Source of the DNA: Methanobacterium sp.
GTDB taxonomy: Archaea > Methanobacteriota > Methanobacteria > Methanobacteriales > Methanobacteriaceae
Reading direction: 5' to 3'
Assembly: GCA_003166335.1 (NCBI GenBank)
Contig: PMWA01000110.1
Coordinates: 12,830-45,055, forward strand
Length of the DNA stretch: 32,226 nt
Positions within the stretch are counted from its first letter, which is position 1. Each line of letters starts with the position of its first letter. The position numbers and the translations under genes are program-made. A model generated the notes under the pieces. It searched no databases. It had not been told where the DNA came from and saw only the letters and a list, made by a program, of their open reading frames with translations. Of this stretch, positions 1 to 9,239 are shown one piece after another.

Positions 1-617
1 GGCACGTTAATGTTGAATCCGTTGAATACGAAGTTAACGATACAATAAACAATTAAGATACTGGCTAAAACTGGTAGCTTTAGCATTTTAACTATTTAAT
101 GGATTTAAGTCATTAATTTTTATATGGTTATAGTTGCGCGTGTTTTTAGTTAGTGATTCGGGTAAGATGAAGAATCCTATTATTGCAGCGGATAATGAAA
201 AGATTCCAGATACATATGCGGGTGCTGCTAAGCTGATTTGGCTGAATAATCCACCGAATAGGGGCCCTATTATGAAACTAAGTCCGAATGCTATGCTTAA
301 GAGTGCTAAATTTTTGGTTCGATATTTTGAGGGTGATACATCTGTTATATATGCTTGGGCTATTGATACATTGCCTCCTGTGAATCCATCAATGATTCGA
401 GATACATATAATACCCATAGTGCACCTCCAATTCCAAAGATGACGTAACCAAGTGCGGATCCGAGTAGACAGATTAGTAGTATGGGTCGACGTCCGTATC
501 GATCGGAGATTCGTCAGAGTAGGGGTGCCGCGAAGCACCGATCATATCGAAGAGTACTACGGTGAATAGGAATATTAGGATGTTTCTGCTTAGTTTTGTT
601 TCAGTTTTAGAAGTGAT
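1..617 (-). pseudogene. Decayed TetA/DHA1-like MFS efflux transporter (runs off the left edge)
   Basis: Manual minus-strand translation gives TM1 ILIFLFTVVLFDMIG, then in another frame FAAPLL*RISDRYGRRPILL (motif A with G->TGA at 514-516), SRIIDGFTGGNVSIAQAYITD, AFGLSFIIGPLFGG (motif C) and LPES. A frameshift near 90-100 leads into MLKLPVLASILIVYCIVNF. An AAGGAG RBS at 628-633 precedes ATC (615-617) rather than ATG. Confidence 0.9.
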
Positions 618-652
618 TTTTTATAATCTCCTTTAATGTCTAATTAATCTTA

Positions 653-730
653 TACTTATAAAATTAATTATTTTTATAGGATACTTATAAAGTTAACTAA
701 TAAGTTTATATGATTACTTATATAATTAAC
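653..730. promoter_or_regulatory. Divergent MFS/MarR promoter with three 16-bp direct repeats (putative MarR operator)
   Basis: TACTTATAAAATTAAT (653-668), TACTTATAAAGTTAAC (682-697), TACTTATATAATTAAC (715-730). Imperfect palindrome ACTTAT-N11-ATAAGT at 683-705. TTTATA at 705-710 lies ~25 nt before the marR ATG, consistent with a leaderless transcript. Confidence 0.6.
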
Positions 731-734
731 AATT

Positions 735-1175
735 ATGTCAAATCCTGTTCAAACCCGTAAAGAATTACTGAAAGATCTAGGAAAAAAAGGGCGTGAATTC
801 ATAGCTAGAGTCATTTTATCTAACCAAAAAATCGCAGAACAAATTGGAATCAACACAATCGACCTGCAATGCCTTAACATGATCGATCTACTCGGAGGAG
901 AGGCTAAACCAGGTGAAATCGCTAAAATGACCGGACTAACCACCGGCGGAGTCACGGTAATGTTGGATCGGCTAGAAAAAAAAGGATATATTGAACGCAA
1001 GCCAAACCCCAAAGATCGGAGGAGTACTTTAATCCATTTATCTCCCAAAAAAATGAGTAAACTTCATGCAGTGTACGAATCACAAGCACTTTCCATGGAA
1101 AAAATTCTCTCCAACTACACTGATGAAGAATTATCCATAATCATCGATTACTTCTCAAAAACATTAAGTGCTTAA
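735..1175 (+). CDS. MarR-family transcriptional regulator
   Basis: 146 aa winged helix: PGEIAKMTGLTTGGVTVMLDRLEKKGYIERKPNPKDRRS; divergent from the MFS gene. Confidence 0.93.
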   Translation: MSNPVQTRKELLKDLGKKGREFIARVILSNQKIAEQIGINTIDLQCLNMIDLLGGEAKPGEIAKMTGLTTGGVTVMLDRLEKKGYIERKPNPKDRRSTLIHLSPKKMSKLHAVYESQALSMEKILSNYTDEELSIIIDYFSKTLSA

Positions 1176-1191
1176 AACAACCGTTCCAATA

Positions 1192-1908
1192 TTAAAAAAA
1201 GAATGTAAAATTGATTAAATGGTCAATTTTCCATTTTAATTCTCTTAAAGGAAGTTTTATTAAGAATAATGTATAGTTTAATATATTTATCCAGGTTATA
1301 TATGATTTTTCATTATTATAAGAGCAGGGTATTGGTTTTTCTTCAATCGTTACATTATTTTTTGATGCTTGATATATAAGCTCTGATTCATACACATAAT
1401 CATTATATGGTATATTTATAAAATATTGTGCTACGTCTGATGATAATGCTCTGAAACCGCTTTGACTATCTGTTATATGATATCCTGTGATGGATTTAAG
1501 GTTGATGGTGGTTAATTTATTTGATAATCTTCTCATTATAGTCATTCCAGGTTGAGTACCATTGATAAATCTTGATCCGATTATTATTTTTGCTTTACCT
1601 ATACCGGAGACTATTATAGGTATGCAATCGGGATTATGTTGCCCATCACCATCCATTAGGATTATAATCCTGTAATCACTATTTAATATTTTTTTAAGTC
1701 CAGTTTTAATAGCTGCACCTTTACCTAAATTATTGTGGTGTTTAATTATCCCAGCGCCTGCTTCAACTGCTAATTTTGAGGTGTGATCTGTTGAACCATC
1801 ATCAATTACTAAAACATCGGAATATCTTAGAGCCTGATTTACTACTTCTTTTATGGCTTCTTCTTCATTGTAACAAGGAATTACAGTAATTATTTCTATT
1901 TTTAACAC
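1192..1908 (-). CDS. GT2 glycosyltransferase, DPM1-like (polyprenol-phosphate glycosyltransferase family)
   Basis: VIPCYNEE, VIDDGSTD, NLGKGAA, DGDGQH, GSRF and TDSQSGFRA motifs; GTG start. Confidence 0.9.
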   Translation of the reverse strand: MLKIEIITVIPCYNEEEAIKEVVNQALRYSDVLVIDDGSTDHTSKLAVEAGAGIIKHHNNLGKGAAIKTGLKKILNSDYRIIILMDGDGQHNPDCIPIIVSGIGKAKIIIGSRFINGTQPGMTIMRRLSNKLTTINLKSITGYHITDSQSGFRALSSDVAQYFINIPYNDYVYESELIYQASKNNVTIEEKPIPCSYNNEKSYITWINILNYTLFLIKLPLRELKWKIDHLINFTFFF

Positions 1909-2256
1909 CTACATTATTTTATAATTTTTTAATAAAAAAGAGATTTTATTGTTATATTTAGCGTATCCTGTTTAGTAATATTTGTTATTTACTAAACCTA
2001 TCCTTGATGGTAACTATGATTTAACCAGGAATAATAATTAATGTTAAATTAATATTTAAAGAAATCCTTAATCATGGAAAAAAATATTATAAGTAACTTT
2101 ATATCAAAAATTGGAATGTTCAGTAAGTTATAAATTTATATGATGTACTATAAATTCTGTTTGAGAAAAAAACAATAGAAAAGATTGATTTAAATCCCAT
2201 GTTTTTTAAAGCAATTTAAAATAACTAATTTAATACGAAAGTAAGGAAAAAAATTT

Positions 2257-3450
2257 ATGTTCCAATTCCATAGTTCTGTGGATACCTCAAAAAAGAAGAG
2301 TGGTCAGCCGAAAGCTGTATGGGCTGTTTTTTTCACGGCTATTATCGCATTTATGAGTCTTGGACTTGTAGATCCGATTTTACCAGCTATTGCTAATCAG
2401 TTAGGAGCAACTCCTAGTGAGGTTACTTTGCTTTTTACAACATATTTCGCAGTTACCGGTGTAGCCATGCTTATTACTGGTGCGGTTTCCACTAGGTTAG
2501 GTATTAAAAGAACCATGCTTTCAGGTGTAATTATTATTGCATTATTTTCAACTCTAGCGGGACTGTCAAATACTATTTGGACAATTGATGGTTTAAGAGG
2601 GGTTTGGGGTTTAGGAAATGCTTTATTCGTGGCTACAGCATTAACTTCTATTATCTTAATCTCAGAAAATGGTGTATCCAAGGCGGTTATTTTATATGAG
2701 GCTGCAATTGGGCTTGGACTGTCAACTGGCCCTCTTCTTGGTGGTTTATTGGGAGAAATTTCTTGGAGATATCCTTTCATAGGTGTTGGTTGTTTAATGA
2801 CTGTTGGCTTTATTTTTCTCTTCACTTTAATGCCTAATGAAGATGAATCTGATAGGATAATGAGAAAGAAAACTTCGTTACTTGATCCGTTTCGTGCACT
2901 GAAGCATCATTCTATCATGGTTTTGGGACTTACGGCTGCTCTTTATAACTTTGGTTTCTTCACTTTGTTAGCGTATGCACCTTTTATTATTGGACTTGAT
3001 GCGCATGGTATAGGATTAGTATTTATTGGATGGGGTGTTTTACTCGCTTTAACATCAGTCTTTTTAGCACCACGACTTCAGCGTAGATTTGGAATGATTA
3101 ATTCTATGTGCACGATGTTAACCATATTTGCAGTTGTTCTTTTAATTATGGGTATTTACACTTCTATACAGTGGATTATTATTGTTTCTATAATTTTTGC
3201 AGGTGCATTAATCGGAACTATCAATACATTAATAACAACTGCTGTTATGCAAGCAACAACTATTGAGCGTTCAACTGTTTCAGCTGCATATAGCTTTGTA
3301 CGATTCATAGGTGCAGCAATCGCTCCGTATTTAGCTGGTGTACTCGCTGTATTATATTCACCACATGTACCATTTATTGTTGGAGGGTGCTTTGTTTTTG
3401 GCTCGGCATTTTTTGTGTTGTTAAATCGCCGTCATGTAGAATCTGCATAG
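2257..3450 (+). CDS. MFS transporter (DHA1-like), intact
   Basis: 397 aa with ~12 hydrophobic segments; LVDPILP, TRLGIKR (motif A-like) and GLSTGPLLGGLLG (motif C). Confidence 0.92.
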   Translation: MFQFHSSVDTSKKKSGQPKAVWAVFFTAIIAFMSLGLVDPILPAIANQLGATPSEVTLLFTTYFAVTGVAMLITGAVSTRLGIKRTMLSGVIIIALFSTLAGLSNTIWTIDGLRGVWGLGNALFVATALTSIILISENGVSKAVILYEAAIGLGLSTGPLLGGLLGEISWRYPFIGVGCLMTVGFIFLFTLMPNEDESDRIMRKKTSLLDPFRALKHHSIMVLGLTAALYNFGFFTLLAYAPFIIGLDAHGIGLVFIGWGVLLALTSVFLAPRLQRRFGMINSMCTMLTIFAVVLLIMGIYTSIQWIIIVSIIFAGALIGTINTLITTAVMQATTIERSTVSAAYSFVRFIGAAIAPYLAGVLAVLYSPHVPFIVGGCFVFGSAFFVLLNRRHVESA

Positions 3451-3675
3451 ATATTTTCTATTTTTGAATGTTTAATTAGGATAATTTATTTAAATCAAGT
3501 GTTTTTTTGCTTTTTACAATTGTTATAAGGCAATTCATATTCTCTTTGTTATGATTTTTTTAATTAGATTAAAAAGCTTAATTGCCTAAATTTAGTTGTT
3601 TAGGAGTAAAAAATTTATAGTTTAAACAACAAAAAAAAATGTGTAGGGATAAAATATATAATGGGGGTGAGATGA

Positions 3676-3834
3676 ATGGATGCTGGAAAAACGAGTGGTG
3701 GGTCGATGATGGTGCTTGCTATTATCATCGCTATCATTATCTATATATTCCCATTTCTCGTATATTGGCTTGCTTGGTTATTAGTAATATTATTGTTCTT
3801 AGGCGGACTTATTGCCTTCTTGCAAGGACGATGA
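3676..3834 (+). CDS. Small two-TM membrane protein, 52 aa (not in the ORF track)
   Basis: GGGGGTGA RBS at 3663-3670, then MDAGKTSGGSMMVLAIIIAIIIYIFPFLVYWLAWLLVILLFLGGLIAFLQGR*; a different frame from the listed 3639..3893 ORF. Confidence 0.75.
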   Translation: MDAGKTSGGSMMVLAIIIAIIIYIFPFLVYWLAWLLVILLFLGGLIAFLQGR

Positions 3835-4119
3835 TAATTAATAATCAAATCTGGATACTTAAAAACACATTTATTTTTTTTTTAGATGGTTGAGAATGAA
3901 AGTTTTTATTTTTTTTATAAAAGCAAAAAATTGAATTTATTAATTCTTTTAATAAGCCCTTGAATTCCTTTTTAATTGATGTAAAAGTTTTTTTGCTGAT
4001 ACATAAATTTTTATTATTTTACTAAATTTTATCTAATTTATGTAAAAAAATATATATTAGTAGAACATATTGATTATTGCGTTAAATAATGATAATTTTA
4101 ATTTTGGGAGGTCGTTATC

Positions 4120-4455
4120 ATGAGGGATTATACGGATGATTTGACCGTAACTAGGGTTGAAAGTAATTTGGAAAATGATGATGAACATTTATTTGTTAAA
4201 TTGGGTAAATCTAATGGTTTTCGTAAGGGTGATACGGTAATTGTATTGCATTATCAAGATTTATCTAATGTAATGGATGTGAGTACTGTATCAGAGTTAA
4301 AGAGAAAATTAGATTCTTATGCTAATTCATTTAGAAGAGCTAAAGAATTATTAATGAAGTTAGAAAGCACGGAAATATATTATAAAGAGCAATTAAGTGA
4401 ACTTAAAGCTCAATATAATTATCAATTATCAAGATTGAAAAATAAAATAAGTTGA
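4120..4455 (+). CDS. Hypothetical protein with a possible AbrB-like N-terminal segment and C-terminal coiled coil
   Basis: GGAGGT RBS. LFVKLGKSNGFRKGDTVIVL resembles the AbrB/SpoVT GxxxGDxV pattern (weak); heptad-like C-terminus. Confidence 0.7.
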   Translation: MRDYTDDLTVTRVESNLENDDEHLFVKLGKSNGFRKGDTVIVLHYQDLSNVMDVSTVSELKRKLDSYANSFRRAKELLMKLESTEIYYKEQLSELKAQYNYQLSRLKNKIS

Positions 4456-4810
4456 GCCTTTGAAAACTTTACTATTTAAATTTTAATTTTACTTCATATT
4501 ATTTATTAGATTATTTTATAGACTACTTTTAAAGCCTTTAAAATTCATCTGTTAAATTTAAATATAATATTTTTTTCAGTCTATTTTTTTATTTATTTAA
4601 TTGCTTTCATGAATATTTTTATCAAATAATATTTACATATTTGAAATATTTAGATTTTTTTTTTACTTTAGTCAATTATATATTTTTTTCCTAAAATTTT
4701 AGATGGTTATTATTGCTTTTTTTTTAATTCAATAAGTATTTAGGAATTAAAATTTATAAGTGAATATAAAGTTTAAAAATAAAAGCTAAAAAGTTAGGGG
4801 GAGATTTATA

Positions 4811-5158
4811 ATGGAAAATGATGAATCAAAGGTTGATTTGGTAATATCAGAAGACGGTCTATTAAAAAAGGAGTTACAGGATGAAATCGAAGCTCGTATA
4901 TTTGCAACTGTGGAAAACCTCTTTACTTTAGATGTTGAACTTGAAACATTCGTACAGCTTGTTAGAGAGAGTGTTGATGCTAATAAAGACTCTCCCGAAA
5001 ATCTTCAAATCCTCTTAGATTATTTAGATGAAATGTGGGGAGTGGTGATTACCAACGAAATTAGAGATGTGTTAGTAAATTCGCTATGTATTGTTCAAAA
5101 GAATAAAGATGAATTAGAGGATATTATAGATGAGTTAGAGGATTCTTTAAAGGAATAA
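4811..5158 (+). CDS. Acidic helical hypothetical protein
   Basis: GGGGGAGA RBS; 115 aa, strongly D/E-rich; no motif recognised. Confidence 0.75.
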   Translation: MENDESKVDLVISEDGLLKKELQDEIEARIFATVENLFTLDVELETFVQLVRESVDANKDSPENLQILLDYLDEMWGVVITNEIRDVLVNSLCIVQKNKDELEDIIDELEDSLKE

Positions 5159-5209
5159 ACTGTAAACATAATAAGTTTTAATATAATCTATTGAGAGGAG
5201 GATTTTATA

Positions 5210-5437
5210 TTGCCTGGAATTTTTAGAAGGGATAGACGTAGAGGTAGAAGAAGGGGTAGAAGAAGGGCTAGTGATGAGATTGACCCGGAAAATATGGATC
5301 AGTCAGTAGAAGACGATAAATCTAGTTTAACTGATGATACAGTGCAACAATTAGAGAAACTCACTGAACTAAGAGATAAAGGGATTATAAACGATAAAGA
5401 CTATGATAAGAAAAAGAAACTAATTTTAGGTATTTAA
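5210..5437 (+). CDS. SHOCT-domain small protein with an Arg-rich N-terminus
   Basis: GGAGGA RBS and TTG start. C-terminal LEKLTELRDKGIINDKDYDKKKKLILG matches the SHOCT pattern; N-terminal RRDRRRGRRRGRRR. Confidence 0.8.
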   Translation: MPGIFRRDRRRGRRRGRRRASDEIDPENMDQSVEDDKSSLTDDTVQQLEKLTELRDKGIINDKDYDKKKKLILGI

Positions 5438-5657
5438 ATACCTAAAAGTTCAGTAAATAATTACTTCAAATTTTTTTTCTAAAATATAATTCTTATTGTA
5501 TTGTATTTAAATTTAATATTATAGAATCCTTGAGATTATTTTAGTGGTTTTTGTTTTATTAATTAAACAAATGTTTTATAATAAAAATTAAACAGTTATT
5601 TAGATTTTTATAAAATTAAATTCCCTATAAAAAAAAATAGAAAAATAAATATTTTTT

Positions 5658-5864
5658 TTATTCAATCAAGATACATTCCCAAGGTTGAGCTTCAGTATCT
5701 ATGGTGGCATAAATTTCTGTTTCAACATCTTTGAACAGATCATCACAACCGAATTTTAAATCGGCTGCTAGTTTAACAGAATACATCTTACCTCTTCCAC
5801 TTTTAACTACTACGTCACCCTCTCTGGTAATGCCTACAACTACTTGTCTTATTTCTTTAGCCAT
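5658..5864 (-). CDS. Small beta-rich hypothetical protein (68 aa)
   Basis: CAGGTGA RBS upstream of ATG; coding-like composition within AT-rich flanks. Confidence 0.78.
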   Translation of the reverse strand: MAKEIRQVVVGITREGDVVVKSGRGKMYSVKLAADLKFGCDDLFKDVETEIYATIDTEAQPWECILIE

Positions 5865-6048
5865 TATAATTCACCTGCAAAGTTTTTTTTAATATTTTAA
5901 ATAGGATATACTTTATATCAAATTTTTTTAATGTTTTTTAACAAATTTTATTTAATCCTAAAACATATATTATATTATATTTATTTATAATAAGACTATT
6001 CAAGGCGAATCTGAACTAATATTTTTTTCGAAATTTGATGGGTAAAAT

Positions 6049-6540
6049 ATGGGGGAGTTGAAAACTAACATGTCGAAAGTTGATTTCTTAGTTGAACAGG
6101 GGAAACAAGTAATCGTTGTAACGCAGATATTTGACGCGCCGCGTGATCTTGTGTGGAAATTGTATACAGATTCAAAGCTTATGCCTCGGTGGTGGGGGCC
6201 TGGGATACTTAAGACTAATATTGAGAAAATGGATGTTAGAACTGGTGGTTCTTGGCGAATTATCCAAATTGATCCTGAGGGTAATGAGTTTGCTTTCCAT
6301 GGGGTGTATCACAGTGTCAAAGCGCCTGAGCGTATTATCCGTACCATGGAATGGGAGGGAATGCCTGATCATGTGTTGCTTGAAGCGGTAGTATTAGAAG
6401 AATTTGAGGGTAAAACTAAGGTTACAGATACATCTGTTTTCCAGTCTGTTGAAGATCGAGATGGGATGGTTGAAACAGGTATGGAAGGAGGGGTAATTGA
6501 GTCATATGATCGTTTCGTTGAACTTTTAAAAGAGTTGTAA
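6049..6540 (+). CDS. SRPBCC / AHSA1 (activator of Hsp90 ATPase homologue 1-like) family protein
   Basis: FDAPRDLVWKLYTD..WWGP, MDVRTGGSWR, FHGVYHSVKAPERI, GMEGG...DRFVELL. Confidence 0.9.
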   Translation: MGELKTNMSKVDFLVEQGKQVIVVTQIFDAPRDLVWKLYTDSKLMPRWWGPGILKTNIEKMDVRTGGSWRIIQIDPEGNEFAFHGVYHSVKAPERIIRTMEWEGMPDHVLLEAVVLEEFEGKTKVTDTSVFQSVEDRDGMVETGMEGGVIESYDRFVELLKEL

Positions 6541-6712
6541 AAATATATGATTACATTATAATCTTGGAAATTTTCTATTTCTAAATTTTTTTTTAATAGA
6601 GAACATATCCAATTAATAAGCTTGGTCAGTTTTTAAATAAGAAGTAATATATTGAAATAAATTTGATTTAAGATATAAAGTTTTGTAATAAAGATTGTTT
6701 TCATTACCATTT

Positions 6713-9223
6713 TTAGAATATTTCATAGGATTTTTGGTATGTTATAGTGTTTTCTTGGCCTATGGATTGGATAATTTCTTCTATTTTCCTGCTTTGTTTA
6801 AGTGTTTTTGAATTGCCGATTATTATTAGTTTTTTTCTTGCTCTGGTGATGGATACATTTAATCGGGTGGGATCTTCAATGAAATTCTTATTAAATTTAC
6901 CTAATCTTCCGATTTTACTTTTGCAGAAGCTCATTACGATAATGTCTTTCTCTCTTCCCTGAAATCCGTCTACAGTGTTTACTTCAACTTCATTATTTTC
7001 TAAGTATTTTATTATAGCTTTTTTATGTTTTTTGTAAGGGGTTATAACTCCTATTTCCATTGGTTTTACATTATTATATATTAACGCGTTAATTATTTGG
7101 GTAACTAATAATGCTTCATGTGTGTTTTCGCATCCGCTTTCTGTTCCATTTTCATAATATTCAGCATCTATGGTGTCTATAAACGTTAATGGCGTGTTAG
7201 GGTTAATTAAAATAGTTGTTTCTTCATCTAATTGGTACTCTATAGTTTGATCAGCTATTGCTTCATATGTTTGGAGTTTTCCATCATAAAATAAGTTACT
7301 TGCAATATCAGAAATCAGTTTATTCATCCGATACTGAGTATCTAGAAAAGTACAGTTTTCAGGGTATTTATCTTTTAAACGGTTAAATATGGAATGATTT
7401 AATTCTTTTAAAAAATTAGATTTCTCTATAGGTTGTAATTGTTTATCATCCCCTACCAATATAAATTTTTTACACTTTGACAGGGGGATGAGCGACTTGT
7501 AACTAGCAACTTGACTGGCTTCATCCATTAACATTGCATCGAATATTATATTATCTAAAAGTGGATGCGCTGATGAAATTACAGTCGCTGCAATTAATTT
7601 AGATTTAGTAATTATATCCTGATCAATAAAATTCAAAAGTTCAAGTTTTTCCTGTTTCTTTTGTTCAATGGTATCATGAATATTTATCATATCTTCGCAT
7701 AATTTATCTTGTTCATTTAATTTGAATTGGATTTCATTTTTATGGGACTTTATATCTAAACTTAAATATGCATTTTTTTTCTTTAAATTCTTTATACTGT
7801 TATTATAAGCCTTATTTAATATTTTATTTTTTTCAATAATTAAATCATGTTGAAATAAATATTTATTCTCACTGATATAGTCCTCTAAAAGTTCCAGAAT
7901 CATATACTCTGCATTTAAAGCTTTTTGACTGGGATCTGATTCATATCTCCTCTCTAACTCATCACTTATAGTCCAATATCTATTAAATGCCCTTTGCATT
8001 CCATGATAACGTGCTTCTTTTTTGCTTAATTTTTCCTTGTATTCTTTATTATCTTGAGGTTTTAAGATGCGTTTAAGTTTTTTGGATAAATTCTGATTTT
8101 TCATTTCATTTATTTCTGATTCTAATTTATAATAATTGTCTGCTTGGGGTAAATTTGTTTCTATTTTCTTTAATTTGAGTATTTCCTTTCCAAATTCATA
8201 GTTTTCATCAGATTTAATATTTAATGATTGTATTTTTTGTTTAATATCCATAATTGAATTATCGATAGTTTCTAAGTCTTGATTTAGTTTTTTCTCATAT
8301 CTAATGATTTTAAGATTATTTATCTTAACTCGCCCTAGGAGATCATTAATTCTATTATTTAAACTTAGGATTTCTGTATCAGCTTTTATTTTTGTTTCTT
8401 TTAGTTGCTTTAATTTTTTATAGGCCAATTTTATTGTTTCATCAATTTTCAATATATCCAGCCATTCAGGATATTTTTCACGCTTAGTTTGAAGAGTATA
8501 TTTATTTAGGAAAGATGGAATTTCTTTATCTGAACCTACTCGCAGCACATAATTATCCATTGAATCATTTAATCTTGCTAGAATGTTGTTAATACCATTA
8601 TTCGTTGAAGCAGTTATCAATATCTTCTTATTCTGTTTTAAAAGATAATTAATTAATTCTAATATAACATAGCTTTTACCAGTTCCCGGTGGTCCTATAA
8701 TTAAATGGAAATTATCTGCTTCTAAAGAACGTTCAACAGCAGTTTTTTGATTCATATTCAAATTAACGGATATATCACCTATTTTAAGATCTTTAATACT
8801 TGGTTTTCCCACCCCAATAATGAAATCGAGGATTTTCTTATTGAATTCCTCTAATTTATTTTCTTCAATTTTTGTTATGGTATTATCTAAACGATCTATG
8901 ATAACATTAATAATATCAATTTCAACTCTATCGTCGGCTGAGAAGCAAGAAACATCTTTTAAATTAATTTCTATTATAACTCCATTCCTGTCATTATAAC
9001 TATTTATAACTGAACCGATTTTACCATTTACTTTAATTAGTGAACCACGTTCAAAACTATTGTATTTACCTATTTTAATTGTTAATGTTTTATCATTTGA
9101 TTCAACATTAATAATAACGCCTGAAACGATTTTATCTGGTTCTTTACTCCTTTCAAATTTAATATATTTCCTGATATCGGAAATTAATTCCTTATATACG
9201 GCAGATAATTCAGTGACTGTCAT
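6713..9223 (-). CDS. SF1 helicase of the Upf1/DNA2/NAM7 (AAA_11/AAA_12) type with a large coiled-coil insertion
   Basis: Q motif LNMNQ, Walker A GPPGTGKS, Ia ITASTN, Walker B MDEASQ, III VGDDKQLQP, QYRM, V TVDGFQGREKD, VI RLNVSITRAR. A ~300-aa K/E/L/N-rich insert lies between motifs Ia and II. Confidence 0.93.
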   Translation of the reverse strand: MTVTELSAVYKELISDIRKYIKFERSKEPDKIVSGVIINVESNDKTLTIKIGKYNSFERGSLIKVNGKIGSVINSYNDRNGVIIEINLKDVSCFSADDRVEIDIINVIIDRLDNTITKIEENKLEEFNKKILDFIIGVGKPSIKDLKIGDISVNLNMNQKTAVERSLEADNFHLIIGPPGTGKSYVILELINYLLKQNKKILITASTNNGINNILARLNDSMDNYVLRVGSDKEIPSFLNKYTLQTKREKYPEWLDILKIDETIKLAYKKLKQLKETKIKADTEILSLNNRINDLLGRVKINNLKIIRYEKKLNQDLETIDNSIMDIKQKIQSLNIKSDENYEFGKEILKLKKIETNLPQADNYYKLESEINEMKNQNLSKKLKRILKPQDNKEYKEKLSKKEARYHGMQRAFNRYWTISDELERRYESDPSQKALNAEYMILELLEDYISENKYLFQHDLIIEKNKILNKAYNNSIKNLKKKNAYLSLDIKSHKNEIQFKLNEQDKLCEDMINIHDTIEQKKQEKLELLNFIDQDIITKSKLIAATVISSAHPLLDNIIFDAMLMDEASQVASYKSLIPLSKCKKFILVGDDKQLQPIEKSNFLKELNHSIFNRLKDKYPENCTFLDTQYRMNKLISDIASNLFYDGKLQTYEAIADQTIEYQLDEETTILINPNTPLTFIDTIDAEYYENGTESGCENTHEALLVTQIINALIYNNVKPMEIGVITPYKKHKKAIIKYLENNEVEVNTVDGFQGREKDIIVMSFCKSKIGRLGKFNKNFIEDPTRLNVSITRARKKLIIIGNSKTLKQSRKIEEIIQSIGQENTITYQKSYEIF

Positions 9224-9239
9224 AAAATTTACCTAAATT

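Noticed and set aside
134..448. 104-aa plus-strand ORF
   Set aside because: Antisense shadow of the MFS pseudogene, whose motifs are clear on the minus strand.
3639..3893. 84-aa ORF in the track
   Set aside because: Implausible composition; the RBS-led 52-aa membrane ORF in another frame explains the region better.
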